DNA from: Octopus bimaculoides | Taxonomy: Eukaryota | DNA length: 64,000 nt | Direction of reading: 5' to 3' | Assembly: GCF_001194135.2 (NCBI RefSeq) | Contig: NC_068986.1 | Span: 30,803,624-30,867,623, forward strand | Shown here: piece by piece, positions 14,208-26,598 of the stretch | How the letters are laid out: the number at the start of each line of letters is the position of its first letter | How positions within the stretch are numbered: the first letter of the stretch is position 1 | Notes under the pieces: model-generated | Databases searched by the model: none | What the model saw: the letters and a program-made list of their open reading frames with translations, nothing else | What the model was told of the DNA's origin: nothing | Program-made: the position numbers and the translations under genes

Positions 14208-14262
14208 TTTATAGCCTGATGAGTCTTGATAAGAGGATAACATAACCTATGTTTGCTCAAGA
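14208..14262 (+). ncRNA. Degenerate type I hammerhead-ribozyme-like motif A
   Basis: CTGATGA (14216-22), stem II G-TCTT/AAGA-G, GATA in place of GAAA, 6-bp stem III AACATA/TATGTT, H17=U, stem I GCT/AGC. Two core deviations. Confidence 0.4.
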
Positions 14263-15852
14263 ATTTACTTGAATATAAAAAAAAAAAATTCTCGTTAATA
14301 CCAAAATTGTTTTTGTTCAGGCAGACAAAAATATTCGAGAGACTTTTGAATGGCCTACTAGTAGCATTACCAATATGTTAACAGTATATGATTTGTTCAC
14401 AAGATGTAACTTTTATCTAAGAATATTTATCAGTTTTCTTTTCTGAATACAGGCAGTTTGTGAAGCCATTTGTCTCTGGCAACAAAACAAAATTAGATTC
14501 TTTGAAAATTAGTCAGTGAAGATGAATGTCATCTGAGTAACCTCTTCAATGTGTAGATCTCACTGGCTTAGTCTCTTCACTGTACATTTGTCGTGTTACA
14601 ATATGAGCGTTCATGTTTATTTGTTTTCTGTTGTGCATTTCTGGTTGGAGTGCTGCATATGTGTATGTGAAGTGGTGGAAACCAAACAAAATGCTTGTGC
14701 TACAGCTAACTGAGGATTATTGTCTCTTTTGGAGTCTTTTGTATTTATAAAACTAATTTATTCTATAATCCAGAGATTAAATACAGTTTTCTGATCTAGT
14801 TTACCCCTACTCCATTTCTGAATAAAACAATTAGAAAACAAATATGTTTCGTTTTGAAATGAATGGTATTTCTTCCATAGATCTCCTCTTACTTCTTAAT
14901 GTTCAGAGAAATTGTTGTATTTTTGACTCAAGATTTGTTGACACAAGCCAGCTTTCTTTGTAATAAAGAAAAATGGCTCATTTTACAAGAGCTTTCTATG
15001 TAATATACTTACTGTTTCTTTTTCTTTTTTGATTTGTTATATCATATAAAAACTTTTAGGATTTTAAAAATCTATTTCAGTACATTTCCTTATAACCTAT
15101 AATAATAGTGATGCTTTACTGCTCTACAAATTATATCTTGATTGTTGCCAACTACGCATATAGAGAGATGTAAACACCTTATCTTTGTATAACATCTTGA
15201 TAAACAAAAGAAAAAAACAAACAAACAAATAAACAAACAAACCAAGTTTAGTAAGTAATATTGTAGTATAATGTATTTTTGAAACCAAAAGTGTACTATA
15301 CTATGCAGCAGTTATTTATTAGTTGAACTAGCTGTCAAGAATGTATTTGTTTTTATGTCGGCTCTTCCACGCTAACATGGGTTGTAAATGACTTTATTAT
15401 TGAGATATTGTTTTACAGCTGGTTGCTTTTGTCATGAACTCCTTGTTTTCCAAGTGAAGAATCTCTTGTTCTACATGTTTTTGAGGGCACAAAACCTATA
15501 GATGATTTGTTGACAAGAGAAATGACAACATAAATGCTTCTAGTTTGTTAATTTTCAGACAAGTGCGGTAAACACATACACACACACACATGGCTACATA
15601 TGTAAGGGTTTTTTCAGTTACCATCTATCAAATCTGCTCTCAAGGCTTTGGTCAACTGAGAGCTATAATAAAAGATACTTACTCAAAGTATTATGCAATG
15701 AGACTGAACATGAAAGCATGTGGTTGGGAAGCAACATTGGTACCTTGCCTGCACCAATGTTATATATGCAAATTGGTCTGTCCAGTTTATTTGAGCTCTT
15801 AATAATAGAGGAATTATTAGCAGTCTCTCCGTGAACAGTCAAACAAGGTACT

Positions 15853-15906
15853 GAGTTGCTGATGAAATTCCAACACGGAATTGGAACTAGGCTTCTGATC
15901 CTGCTT
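15853..15906 (+). ncRNA. Degenerate type I hammerhead-ribozyme-like motif B
   Basis: CTGATGA (15859-65), perfect 6-bp stem II AATTCC/GGAATT, GGAA-C in place of GAAA-C, stem III ACTAG/CTGAT with one mismatch, AUC triplet (15898-15900), weak stem I. Confidence 0.45.
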
Positions 15907-16136
15907 TTTCTATCCTCAATGATTTTGTATATAATGGGAAAGTGTTTACATTTGTCTGTTACAGACAGTGTTGGCTAAAGAAATTCTATAGATATATTTT
16001 CCAGTACTGTATAGCATTGAAACAAACCACTCTAATTCAAGTATATTTACACATGCACACGCATGCACACACACACAATGTATTTGTTTGTCTGTCTGTT
16101 TATCTCTGTCTCACTGTGCATTTTCTTTATTGAAGT

Positions 16137-16320
16137 TTAACCCTTGAGCATTTAAGCCAGCCATATCCAGCTCAAATATTCTGTCAAAACTACTCATATC
16201 CATCCTTAAGCCATCACATCATCCAAATCTTGAAGCTAAGGATAATACTTGTTTAATTCAAAACAAAAGGAATAAACAGGCATTACATTTGACAGAGTAA
16301 TCTGAACGCTAAAGAGGTAA
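16137..16320. mobile_element. piggyBac-like MITE, family 2 (other copies 27364-27577, 48470-48694; partial ~53730-53896 and ~61308-61450)
   Basis: TTAA-CCCTT(T/G)AGCATT...GCTAAAG(G)G-TTAA termini and a shared internal sequence across five copies. Confidence 0.75.
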
Positions 16321-16601
16321 ACCTATAATTTTTTTAGGCCACTGGCTGTCACTATGCCACAGACTTGCCACCCCCATTAGAAATAGGAACGTGTCAAAAT
16401 TTTAATAGTGATTAAACTTTAGTCAATAAAAGAAAATCTATTGAATTACATCAGCTTTACTAACTGGCTGTTAAGTGCTCTGTGGACTACAACCATTGTG
16501 ATTCTTGATATTGGAAATCCCATCCAATTAGACTGGCATAATATTTCCATTCTCAATTCATGTGTGTCCTGCCATTTTTGAATATTTTTCTGTCTGCTTA
16601 A

Positions 16602-16983
16602 TCTTTTATCTTTTACTTCTTTCATTCATTGGACTGTGGCCATTTTGGTGAACTGCCTTCAAGAGTTGAGCAAATCAACCCCAGTACTTAATTTTTCTGA
16701 TTCTGGTACTTATTCTTTCAATCTCTTTTGCTGAACTGCTAAGTTACAGTGATATAAACTAACCAATTTGTCAAATAGTGGTGATGGGGAGGGGCAAACA
16801 AAAGCACACTTACATGTACTTGGCAGGCTTCTCCACAGTTTCTATTTACCAAATTTACTCACAAGGTACTGGTTGGCTCAGGGTTACAGAAGAAGGCATT
16901 TGTCCAAGGTACCATACAGTGGAACTGAATCCAAAATCACAAGATTGCAAAGTGACCTTAACTACACAGCCATATCTGTGCTT
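16602..16983 (-). mobile_element. SINE A copy, diverged
   Basis: Colinear with 198-622. Confidence 0.75.
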
Positions 16984-17732
16984 TGACAATTAAAAAATTT
17001 TTTTTACATTCTTCATTTCTTAACCGTAACAATCCTTTCCTTTCACCTTCAATGGAATAAAATGCATAAACTGAAAATGAAGAATTGTCACGATACTCTT
17101 GGATGAGAATTTCTATTATAAGCTAAGAATTACAATAAAATCAATCAAATAAACAGTACACAGCACTGAGAACTCAACTTGTAAGTCCTCTGCAAAATTC
17201 AATCCAATATGGCTGCTCTTGAAAATTTAAATACCATTCAAATGAATACATTTCTTTCTCGACAGTAACAGTGATTAAGAACATTAAAGCCATTGGATAA
17301 GCGATAGTTTCAATTTTAATTCAAGGAAATGAATGCAAAAATGTCATGTGACAATGATCTAAAGTTTAGTGTAATTAATAATACAAAATGATTAGCATAA
17401 TAGTCTGATCGATTGTTGCAACACGATATTATTCAAATCCTATATTTTTAGTCAGTTGATGACTGTATTAGGTTGATTTGTAATGATGAATTAACTGTTA
17501 ACTGATTGCATCCAAAGCACAACTTGATTTCTTACACAGCCTAATAAATCAAAGCCCAAAATATTCTTCCATATATTAGATGTTTCTTTCATTCAGCACT
17601 ATTCTTATCAAATATGAATTATTTATTAACATTCTTTATATAATTTTCTTTCATCCCACTTTGTCAGTCTATGTGTGTATAATATATATATATATGTATA
17701 ATATATATACATATATGTATAATAATATATAT

Positions 17733-17865
17733 ATCATCATCATCATCGTTTAACATCTGTTTTCCATGCTAGCATGGGTTGGACGATTTGACTGAGGACT
17801 GGTGAAACCAGATGGCTACACTAGGCTCCAATCTGATTTGGCAGAGTTTCTACAGCTGGATGCCC
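17733..17865 (-). mobile_element. Short RTE 3' end inside an (AT)-rich microsatellite
   Basis: (CAT)n followed by CGTTTAACATCTGTTTTCCATGCTAGCATGGGTTGGACG. Confidence 0.85.
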
Positions 17866-18422
17866 TATGTATAATATATATATGTGTGTGTGTGTATGAT
17901 GTTGATGTAATAAAAATTTACCAGTTTCAAGAGAACATAAAATAATTCTTTTTTCAACTGGTGAAATTTGAAGCAGACAAAGCTATAAACATTACCATGT
18001 GCATATTGAGTTTAAAAAATCCTTTGGATAGAAAAAAAATCAAAGGCTACGGGAGATCCAATGGCTGAACGTCTTTCATGTTTACATATGTGGCTTTGTG
18101 CCCCACAGACGGCCTTTGACTTTTTCTATCCAAAAGGACTTTTAGCTCCAAATTTACATATTATTTATAAGCTTTCTCTACTCTTAAAAGATACTCTAAA
18201 AAGGTATATTTTATTTGTATTTTAATTTCTGAGTTTTGCAGATGTCATTGTTTTTGTGTTATATACTTGGATGAATACTATTGAGGCAGTTTTTTACAGC
18301 CAGCTGCTCTTCTTGTCACCAATCCTTCCTTGTGTTTCAAGTAGAGTACAAATGTCAATAATTCTGCAACAGCAATCAAATGCTATAGTTGTTTGTTTGT
18401 GAAGATAATGTTCAGTTGTAAA

Positions 18423-18509
18423 GGTGCAGGAGTGGCTGTGTGGTAAGTAGCTTGCTTACCAACCACATGGTTCCGGGTTCAGTTCCACTGCGTGGCACCN
18501 NNNNNNNNN

Positions 18510-18560
<51 letters not shown>

Positions 18561-18777
18561 ATGTTGTGTATATACTTGTGTGTCTGTGTTTGTCTCCCCA
18601 CTATTGCTTGACAACTGACGTTGGCGTGTTTATGTCCCCATAACTTAGTGGTTCGGCAAGTGAGACTAATAGAATATGTACTAGGCTTATAAAGCCTGGG
18701 GTTGATTTGTTCAACTAAAGGTGGTGCTCCAGCATGGCCGCAGTCAAATGACTGAAGCAAATAAAAGAACAAAAGAA
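18423..18777 (+). mobile_element. SINE A copy containing a 10-N gap
   Basis: GGTGCAGGAGTGGCTGTGTGGTAAG head; GGTGCTCCAGCATGGCCGCAGTCAAATGACTGAA tail. Confidence 0.85.
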
Positions 18778-20449
18778 TCCTCAGAGCTTGTCCATGCTTT
18801 CAGTTTTTTTTTCTTTCTTTTTTCTTTCCATCTGAATGAAGTGTCAAGGATTATTAATAGTGTCATAAGGTCAAGGTTTTTTTTTTTTTTTTTCCTTCAA
18901 TGAAATACAATGTTGTTTACTTGCTTAATCCTAAACATATTTTAAAAAAGAAACAAAGGTCATGTAAATTTATTTCCAAGCATTAGTAATCTATAGGAAG
19001 AAAATAGGGCGCAACTGAGAACTGAATTGAAATCCTGGTCACTAGCTTTCTGTAGTACACATTTGACAAAATGCCATTTTAAATAAATACAATACAGCCA
19101 TGAAATTAGCTGACTTAAACACTCCAGATGGTGAACAGGTTAACAGCTTAAGTGATTAAGATCTCATTGATGGCAGAAGAATCTAGAGCTGAATATCAGC
19201 TAATTAGTAAAGGTAAAATTTCAGCTAAATTCTTTAATTTCCCCAAATAAGTAGTAGTAGTAGTACTAGTAATTTCTTGCTTTATCAAGTCCCCTTCTCC
19301 TGATTCATTATAGTAATATGAGTTGCTTGCTGTTCGGGGTTATATTTTCTTTTCTTACTCATTAGATGTCTGTCTTGTTAGTCAGTCTGAGATGTGCACT
19401 AATTTTTTTCATCTTTTGAGAAATAAATAACATTGAATGCATTTTATACAGTAGTTTTTGTTTCTCTATCATTTCCATCTTTTATCTCTTCATATCTATA
19501 TAACCTTTATCTGTAGGATATGCATTGTACTCTGTGTCATACTTAGGCTTTCAGTTTGACTTAGCTGTGAAATTTTTGATTCAGATATTTTGCTTTTTTA
19601 AATTTTCAATGACTTGCATTAAAAAAAAATAAAACTCAAGTTTTAGGTCTCTCTAAAATACATGCCAAAGCTTTAGATAGATACATTCTTGTGGTTATCT
19701 TAACTAATGACTAAACAGGATATTTTTGTTACTTGGAGGAAGAGCTGCAAGAGATCTTTAGTTTAGATTTCAACAAAGAACATATGCTATGTTTTTTTAA
19801 TTACAAATTATCAACTAAAGTGTATTGTATGAGGAGATATAATCGTAACATTTTAGCTATAGCAAGAACAGAAGGAATTCCTTTTCTGGAAGAATAGTGA
19901 TATGCACTGCTGCAAACTTGTCCAACTGATGGTAGCATGTAAAAATAGACATTAAATGATACCATTGTGCATATGTGTGTGTGAATGAGTGAGTGTATGT
20001 GTGTGATTTTGAATTTTACTTGAAATTTTTGTTTCAAGGAGATTTAAAATTTCTAGTGTATTTATTTTCTGACAGTTTTGTGTTTATAAATAATGGTATT
20101 ACAATTCCAAGAGAAACATATGTGGAAGAATTATTCGTTTATTTCAGCACCTTTCTTATGTGATGTGATACAAGGGGCTAATATAAATAATGGATAAAAT
20201 GTTTGTTACTTGTTGCCCAAATTTGGTTGCTGCAAAAAGAAACAAAAAAAAAAAACTTTGTATTTTAATTCAACTGAGTAAATACTTCAGATAATGAATA
20301 TATTTATCTGTTAATGTTTAAAAAAAAAAATTTTAAACTGCCATATTTTCTTTGTTCAATAAATGAAGTAAATTAGATAAAAACTTGTACACTCCTTGGA
20401 GTAAAAATGTACACTTATAAGCTGAACTTATTCTCTTAGGGGAATAAGT

Positions 20450-21366
20450 TAGCTGAAGACATGCATAGGCTCAAAGGAAATGAAGCTAGCATGATCCGCT
20501 GGATGTGTAATGTCAGTGTGCACACATGACAGAGTGTAAGTGCCCTGAGAGAAATGTTGGACATAAGAAGTATCGGATGTGGCNNNNNNNNNNGTGCACA
20601 CATGACAGAGTGTAAGTGCCCTGAGAGAAATGTTGGACATAAGAAGTATCGGATGTGGCATGCAAGAGAGACGTTTGCGTTGGTAAGGTCATGTACTACG
20701 GATGGATGAGGAGAGCTGTGTGAAAAAGTGCCACTCCCAAATAGTGGAAGGAATCCGGGGTGGAGGGAGACCCAGGAAGACATGGGATGAGGTGGTGAAG
20801 CATGACCTTTGAGTGTTGGGCCTCACAGAGGCAATGACAAAAGACCGAGACCTCTGGGGATATGCTGTGACTGAAAAGACCCAGAAAATAAAGTGAGTTC
20901 ACAGTTGTAACCTACACCAGTGTTGCATAAGCAGCCCACTCCAAAGTACCTTGGATCGTTGGGCGGCATGCTGTGCTTGAGGAGACCTATTGAGTCAAGT
21001 ACATCAAAGTCAAATCAAATCACAATCAAATGGAAATTGTAGTTGTGATCCCTGTGCCATTGGCACGTAAAAAGCACCATCCAAATATGGCCGATGCCAG
21101 CACCACCTTGACTGGCTTCTATGCCGGTGGCATGTAAAAAGCACTATCCGATTGTGGTTGATGCCAGCCCTCTCTGGCCCCTGCGTTGCTGGCACGTAAA
21201 AAGCACCCACTACACTCTCGGAGTGGTTGGCATTAGGAAGGGCATCCAGCTGTAGAAATACTGCCAGATCAGACTGGAGCCTGGTGCAGCCTCCTGATTT
21301 CCCAGACTCCAGTCGAACCGTCCAACCCATGCCAGCATGGAAAACAGATGTTAAATGATGATGATG
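20450..21366 (+). mobile_element. 5'-truncated RTE LINE: ORF2 C-terminus with stops plus full 3' UTR
   Basis: Translation NEASMIRWMCNVSVHT*QSVSALREMLDIRSIGCG...RRLRW*GHVLRMDEESCVKKCH...GRPRKTWDEVVKHDL*VLGLTEAMTKDRDLW matches the RTE ORF2 tail (RLRWxGHVxRM; GRPRKTW). Ends in (GAT)n. Confidence 0.92.
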
Positions 21367-22869
21367 TTGCTGTTTCATATTTGATTTTGTGTTGGTCACA
21401 GTTTCCAATATTCATTTAAATATTAGTTTCACTGAAATTATTATTAAACCGTCTTATCATTAATACAGATGTTGTATTATTTATTTATTTGCTTAATTTA
21501 TATTTAGTGAAATATTCTAAAACTCAAGTAATTAGTGAAACTAACTTGTTTGGCAAGAAACTGATAAATACAATGACTGGAAACCTAGCACCATGGAGAA
21601 TGAAAGCTACTTGGATAATTAAGTCTAATCTATTCTAGCAAATTTAATACCACCTTTTAATTTTTTAGACATTTTATTAATGTATACATTATATATGAAA
21701 GAAGATTAACTTGTAATTTCTGAGAAGGATGTAATATTTCCTCAATGAAAGCTCTAAAACATTGTCTGGTGAGGAGCCATCTTGAATTTTAAAACAATGT
21801 GAAGTAAAGGTTGTGTATTTCCTGAAGGATTTTGCTTTCCTGAAGGTTATCATGAACCTTCCATTGCCAGACTGCTTTCTTCATCTATGGATATCTTCAT
21901 GAAGAGTTGCTATCTTCTAGAATTTATTTCGGTCAATAATATTCTCCTATGATCTTTCACAATTGACAGCTGTAGATTCAATTTTTGCAACACCAAAACA
22001 AAAAGCTTATTCTTTCTCTTAGTTTTTGATGGTTTCTTTTTAATTTTTTAATTTTTGCTTTAGAATTGTTAATTTTATTAACAAGAAAATTGATTTAAAA
22101 ATATCAATTCTATTCTTCTCAAAACACAATTAAATTGTTTTGTTAAGATAATTTACTGATGTAAAAGATATATTTTTTTGTTGTTGATAATTTAGAACTG
22201 AAAACAATGGGTTATGTTTTGGCTAAACTGATAAAGGGAGTACAATTCTTTAGTTTTAAGTCTTCAATTAGTTTAATATACACTAGATCAATCAATATCC
22301 CTATTTAACCTCAGTGATAGAACTACTTGAATGATCAGACACAGTCGCTAGATTGATGGAAGGAAATCTCTGCTGTGACAGTAGCGCCATAGTGTTAGTG
22401 TAACACGAGAAAGTCATTTTATCGAATATTTTATTGATTTGATATCAATCATGTTGAAATTTAGCCGAGGCCATCTTGAACAATGTCTGTTTGTGTTTTT
22501 GAACAGCTGGTCTAGTTGATTAGAAAATGGTGCTCAGATGATTTCTTTGTTACTCTAACTGGTATTGATTACTTAGTTAGCTTCAAGGTCAGATGTCTGT
22601 CTCATTAATTTATTTCAACTAAAATAATGCTATTTTTTTCTCTGGTGACTAGCTGCTTGAGTATGGTGTGTGTATGTATATCTTTGTCATCATCATCACC
22701 TTTTTTTTTTTCACCATACTCCCATAGCGTTAAGGTCTATTTCCCATATTAACATGGATTATCTTGTTTTGCATTAAGACCTATCATCACCTGTCTTTGT
22801 GAGACTTAAGTTTGATTTATTTCTTTAATTAATTCCAGGTTGGTTGTGTTGGCAGAAACATTAGAACAT

Positions 22870-23098
22870 GGCGGCGAGCTGGCAGAAATGTTAGCACACC
22901 GGGCGAAATGCTTAGCAGTATTTCATCTGTCTTTGTTCTGGGTTCAAATTCCGCCGAGGTCGACTTTGCTTTCATCCTTTTGGAGTCGATAAATTAAGTA
23001 CCAGTTACACACTGGGATCGATGTAATTGACTTAATCCCTTTGTCTGTCCTTGTTTGTCCCCTCTATGTTTAGCCCCTTGTGGGCAATAAAGAAATAT
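22870..23098 (+). mobile_element. Young SINE family B with 15-bp TSD, inserted into an old family B copy
   Basis: GGCGGCGAGCTGGCAGAA head; TSD GAAACATTAGAACAT at 22855-22869 and 23099-23113. Confidence 0.9.
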
Positions 23099-23591
23099 GA
23101 AACATTAGAACATGGTAGTAAATTGCCTTACTATATTTAGTTTTTGTCTCTACATTCTGGGTTCATATCCTGCTGGGATCAACTTTGCTTTCCATTTCAC
23201 TGTAGTTGGTTAAATAATTTATATATTGAGTCATGTATGTATGTGTGTATTTTCTAATCTATTAGGTGCAGATGTGGCTGTGTGGTTAAGAAGCTAGCTT
23301 TCTAACCATGTGGTCTTGGGTATAGTCCCACTGCCATCTACTATAGCCCCAGGCCAATCAAAACCATGTAAATAGATTTGGTAAAAGGAAACTTAAAGAA
23401 GCTCATTGTGTGTGTGTTTGTCCTTTTTGTAGACATCATGAGATAGTTTTAAACAAGCATCATTGTCATACAAGCAAGATTGTTCATTTGTAGTCTTCCA
23501 TGTAAAACATGGTATCTTGGGGAAATTTCGAACCTGGGTTCTCATTCCTAAATATAGAACTGTAAAATAAATTTGTTTGAAATTTTAAGGT

Positions 23592-23619
23592 GTTTCCATT
23601 ATTTTGTCCAACCCCTGTA
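23592..23619 (-). mobile_element. Single Tc1-like terminal inverted repeat end
   Basis: Minus strand TA-CAGGGGTTGGACAAAATAATGGAAAC, a typical TA-CAG start of Tc1 TIRs. The partner end was not found. Confidence 0.5.
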
Positions 23620-23621
23620 TG

Positions 23622-23659
<38 letters not shown>

Positions 23660-24233
23660 TATGGCTCTCCTACAAAAAATTTGTCCTTGTTCCTAGTCTT
23701 AAGAAATCGTTATACTGAATTGGTTTCCAATAACAAAAATCATCACTAATAAATAACTGATAATTAACTAACATTGTTTTGAAGCAGGAAACATTTTGAA
23801 TCTCAATATGAATAGTGCTGATGTTGATTTGTCTATATTATTGACTCAAGGGGTTTCCCCAGGCTCTAATATATCAATGATGAAATACGAGAAACTAGAC
23901 AGTATTTTCTATTGCATATAACCATTTATGTTGCTGGTGAAATGTAGTCTGTAGTTATTAATACTTTCATTGATTTTACAAATATATATTATATACTTAC
24001 CAGCAAAGTATTACAAGGTGTGTGTGTGTGTGTGTGAGCATAAGCTTGTATATGATAAAAAATGCTTGATTAATGGAATCATTATTTTTAGTTCACTGAT
24101 ATGTTTTGACTAATATAATTTCTACTGTGAAAATGGAGGTTTTTATTCAACTTCTATATTTTTTAGGGTTTTGCCATCAAGTTATCTGTTAGTCAAAAGT
24201 TTTTTTCTTTGAAGGCAACATAGAAACTGTGAA

Positions 24234-24273
<40 letters not shown>

Positions 24274-24316
24274 TATGAAACCATATTGCTTTCAACCCCC
24301 ACCTCCTGCTCTATTG

Positions 24317-24367
24317 CTAATGTTTGTTGCTTCAAACAAAATTGATTTTTGTCTTTTTTAGGTGAGC
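24317..24367 (+). promoter_or_regulatory. Candidate recursive splice site (ratchet point) in Lasp intron 1
   Basis: Branch-like CTAAT (24317-21), T-rich tract TTGATTTTTGTCTTTTTT, then TAG|GTGAGC (AG 24360-61, GT 24362-63). Confidence 0.35.
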
Positions 24368-24428
24368 ACAAGGCCATAGATTTTTATACTACTGTACTAA
24401 ACTTACTCATCCATCTCATGTCACTTAT

Positions 24429-24522
24429 CTTCTCTCTCTCTCTGTCTCTCTCTCTCTGTCTCTCTCTCTCTGTCTCTCTCTCTCTGTCTCTCTCTCTCTG
24501 TCTCTCTCTCTCTGTCTCTCTC
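24429..24522. repeat. (CT)n/(CTGT) homopyrimidine microsatellite, representative of many (CA)n, (TA)n, (CT)n, (TAA)n and (GAT)n tracts in the window
   Basis: Direct reading of the sequence. Confidence 0.95.
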
Positions 24523-25529
24523 CAGGAGGGCTGGTACAGTGTACGAACATTGACTTTCTAGTGTTGATGGATGTGCAAGTGTTAGCAATAAGTAGCAGTA
24601 CCTGAAATAAAAATATCTTATAAACTCTTAATGGGTGGTTGTGTCACCACCAAGGACATTGACTTTAGGTAGTGAGCCAAGGCAAGTCAGGTGTTTGACT
24701 GCAGTTTTGAAAGTTGCGGGTAATGGGGTTAAGAGTGGTGGAATAGCTCACCTTGGAATTCAGTGCAGATTGTGTTGGCTGAGAAAAAGTTTAAGTGGAG
24801 TATGAGCAAGCTGATGTTTTTTAAAAAAATTCTTAAAGAAAATATCTTAGGATAATTATTAATTATGGATCTTACAATCTGAGATAATTATCTAGTCTTT
24901 TTGTTTTTGAATTAGAACTCCTTGCATTCGGTAAAATTGTGTTTATTACGGTAGTTAACATGAGGCATTCTTGTATAGTTATGCCCTTATATGTATATAA
25001 ATAATGGATATGTAGATATGTAAGAAACATTATTCTGTCCACTGGCAAGTGTGCTATATACAAGGTCCATTTTTCCTGGATGACTACCAATAGAATAATA
25101 TATAAAATTCTTTTTGTTTTTAGTTGACATTTTATAATTGGTTGCAAATAACTTTGTAATATTTAATTTCAAAAGTTAATCAAACAATTAAAAATTTAAA
25201 ATAATTATCTTAAGTTGAGCATAATCGTTTACAAGTAGCTTAAAAAATTAAGTTATATGCTTTCAATTTAATCAGAAAGATTGTTATTATTTTACAGATT
25301 AATTTTATAGTATTTCAACTATATTTAGTACTGTTATGTTTACTTATTAAAAAATATTAGCATAATTTTGAAAATTACCTTTCAAGTTTTTTCATTATTC
25401 TTTAGAACATGTAGGCTGCCTTGTCAAAGATCAAGTGTGAGATTTTTTAATCTTTGATAAAGTGTTATTTATTTATTTTATAATGCATTTGAGCAATCTC
25501 TCATCTGGATGGGATGACAATCGGTTTCT

Positions 25530-25740
25530 GGTAGCTGTTAAGCTCCAGGTCATCCTGGATTGAGTAGACCTATGATCAAAAGCGTTCTGGCTGTGACTAT
25601 CCTGTCTCTCTGGTGCAGGATTTATCTAGGAATGTATTACCTAATGTATGTTCCTATTTTTTAAGGCAGTAGTGTGATTTGAGGGAAATTTAGTTGCTTT
25701 CTAGCAGGTTAAGAGACCTCAATGAGGCTCCCATGTTGAC
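25530..25740 (+). mobile_element. Unclassified ~200-bp dispersed repeat, family E (also ~7880-8085, ~31125-31270, ~37140-37290, ~39790-39990, ~40385-40572, ~45555-45725)
   Basis: Shared motifs AGCAGAC(C/T)TATGATCAAA...CCATCC and GATTT(G)AGGGA(G/A)ATTT(G/A)G(C/T)TG...TTTCTAGCA recur in both orientations. Confidence 0.65.
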
Positions 25741-26039
25741 TCTGGTTTTACCATCTGGATAGGTTTGAACTCAGCACTGAAATATAATGAAACAGTTGTT
25801 AATCAGCATAGTAATACTTTGTACTTCAGTGAATTATATCTACTCACAGTATCTATTTGTTGTTATATCCTATTTTAGTGCATTTTTTTATGAGCATTAA
25901 AATATGATTTAATCTCCCTTTGTCCAGCAAGCCTGCATTTTATCAGTTTTTGTCATTTAATTTGTTTTTGTTTTTGTGAATTAATGTCATTAAATTCTTA
26001 GTTGATTTTAAAAAGCCATTTCGTTGAAAATGAACTGAA

Positions 26040-26432
26040 ATCATCTTCATCATCATTATCCACTTTCCCATGCTTGCATGGATGAGAAGGCATTTGTTTT
26101 GATAGATTTTCTCTAGCTGGATGCCCTTGTTGCCAACTGTCACCTTTCTCCAAGTAAGGTAACATTTCCCCATGGTCAGACATGTTTTCATAGAAAGACT
26201 GGAAATAAAAGACACTGCATTGCATGAAAGTGACGCTCATTTATGACAGCCATGCAATGTTAAGATGAAGCCCCCCCCCCCAACTTTTTTTTACTTTCCA
26301 TCTACCAAACCCCCCTACAAAGGTTTGGTTGGTCCAGCGCTATAATCAAAGACACTTGTCTAATGCAATAGGACTGAACATAAAACCATGTGATTGGGAA
26401 GCAAACTTCTTAACCATGCAGCAATGCCTAAA
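26040..26432 (-). mobile_element. SINE A head with tail type 2 (RTE-like end)
   Basis: Reverse-complement match to 42296-42780. Confidence 0.75.
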
Positions 26433-26598
26433 CATAGACTTAATTTTCTGATCAATTATTTCTGACATGAGATATTTCTTTTACCATAGCTTTTTATTTA
26501 AAGAAACCTTCTGTTTTGAATCTGGCGATAACATAGTTGCAATTTATGCATATTGTGTTTCTTTGATTTTGATTAGAAGCTAAACTAATCGCTCTATT

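Noticed and set aside
14321-14540. Exon-like segments after acceptor-like CAGs (ADKNIRETFEWPTSSITNMLT; QFVKPFVSGNKTK)
   Set aside because: Donors are weak or absent, there is no similarity to Lasp exon 1 (CxxC...VYPxE...CLDK) or any protein I recognise, and some frames have stops.
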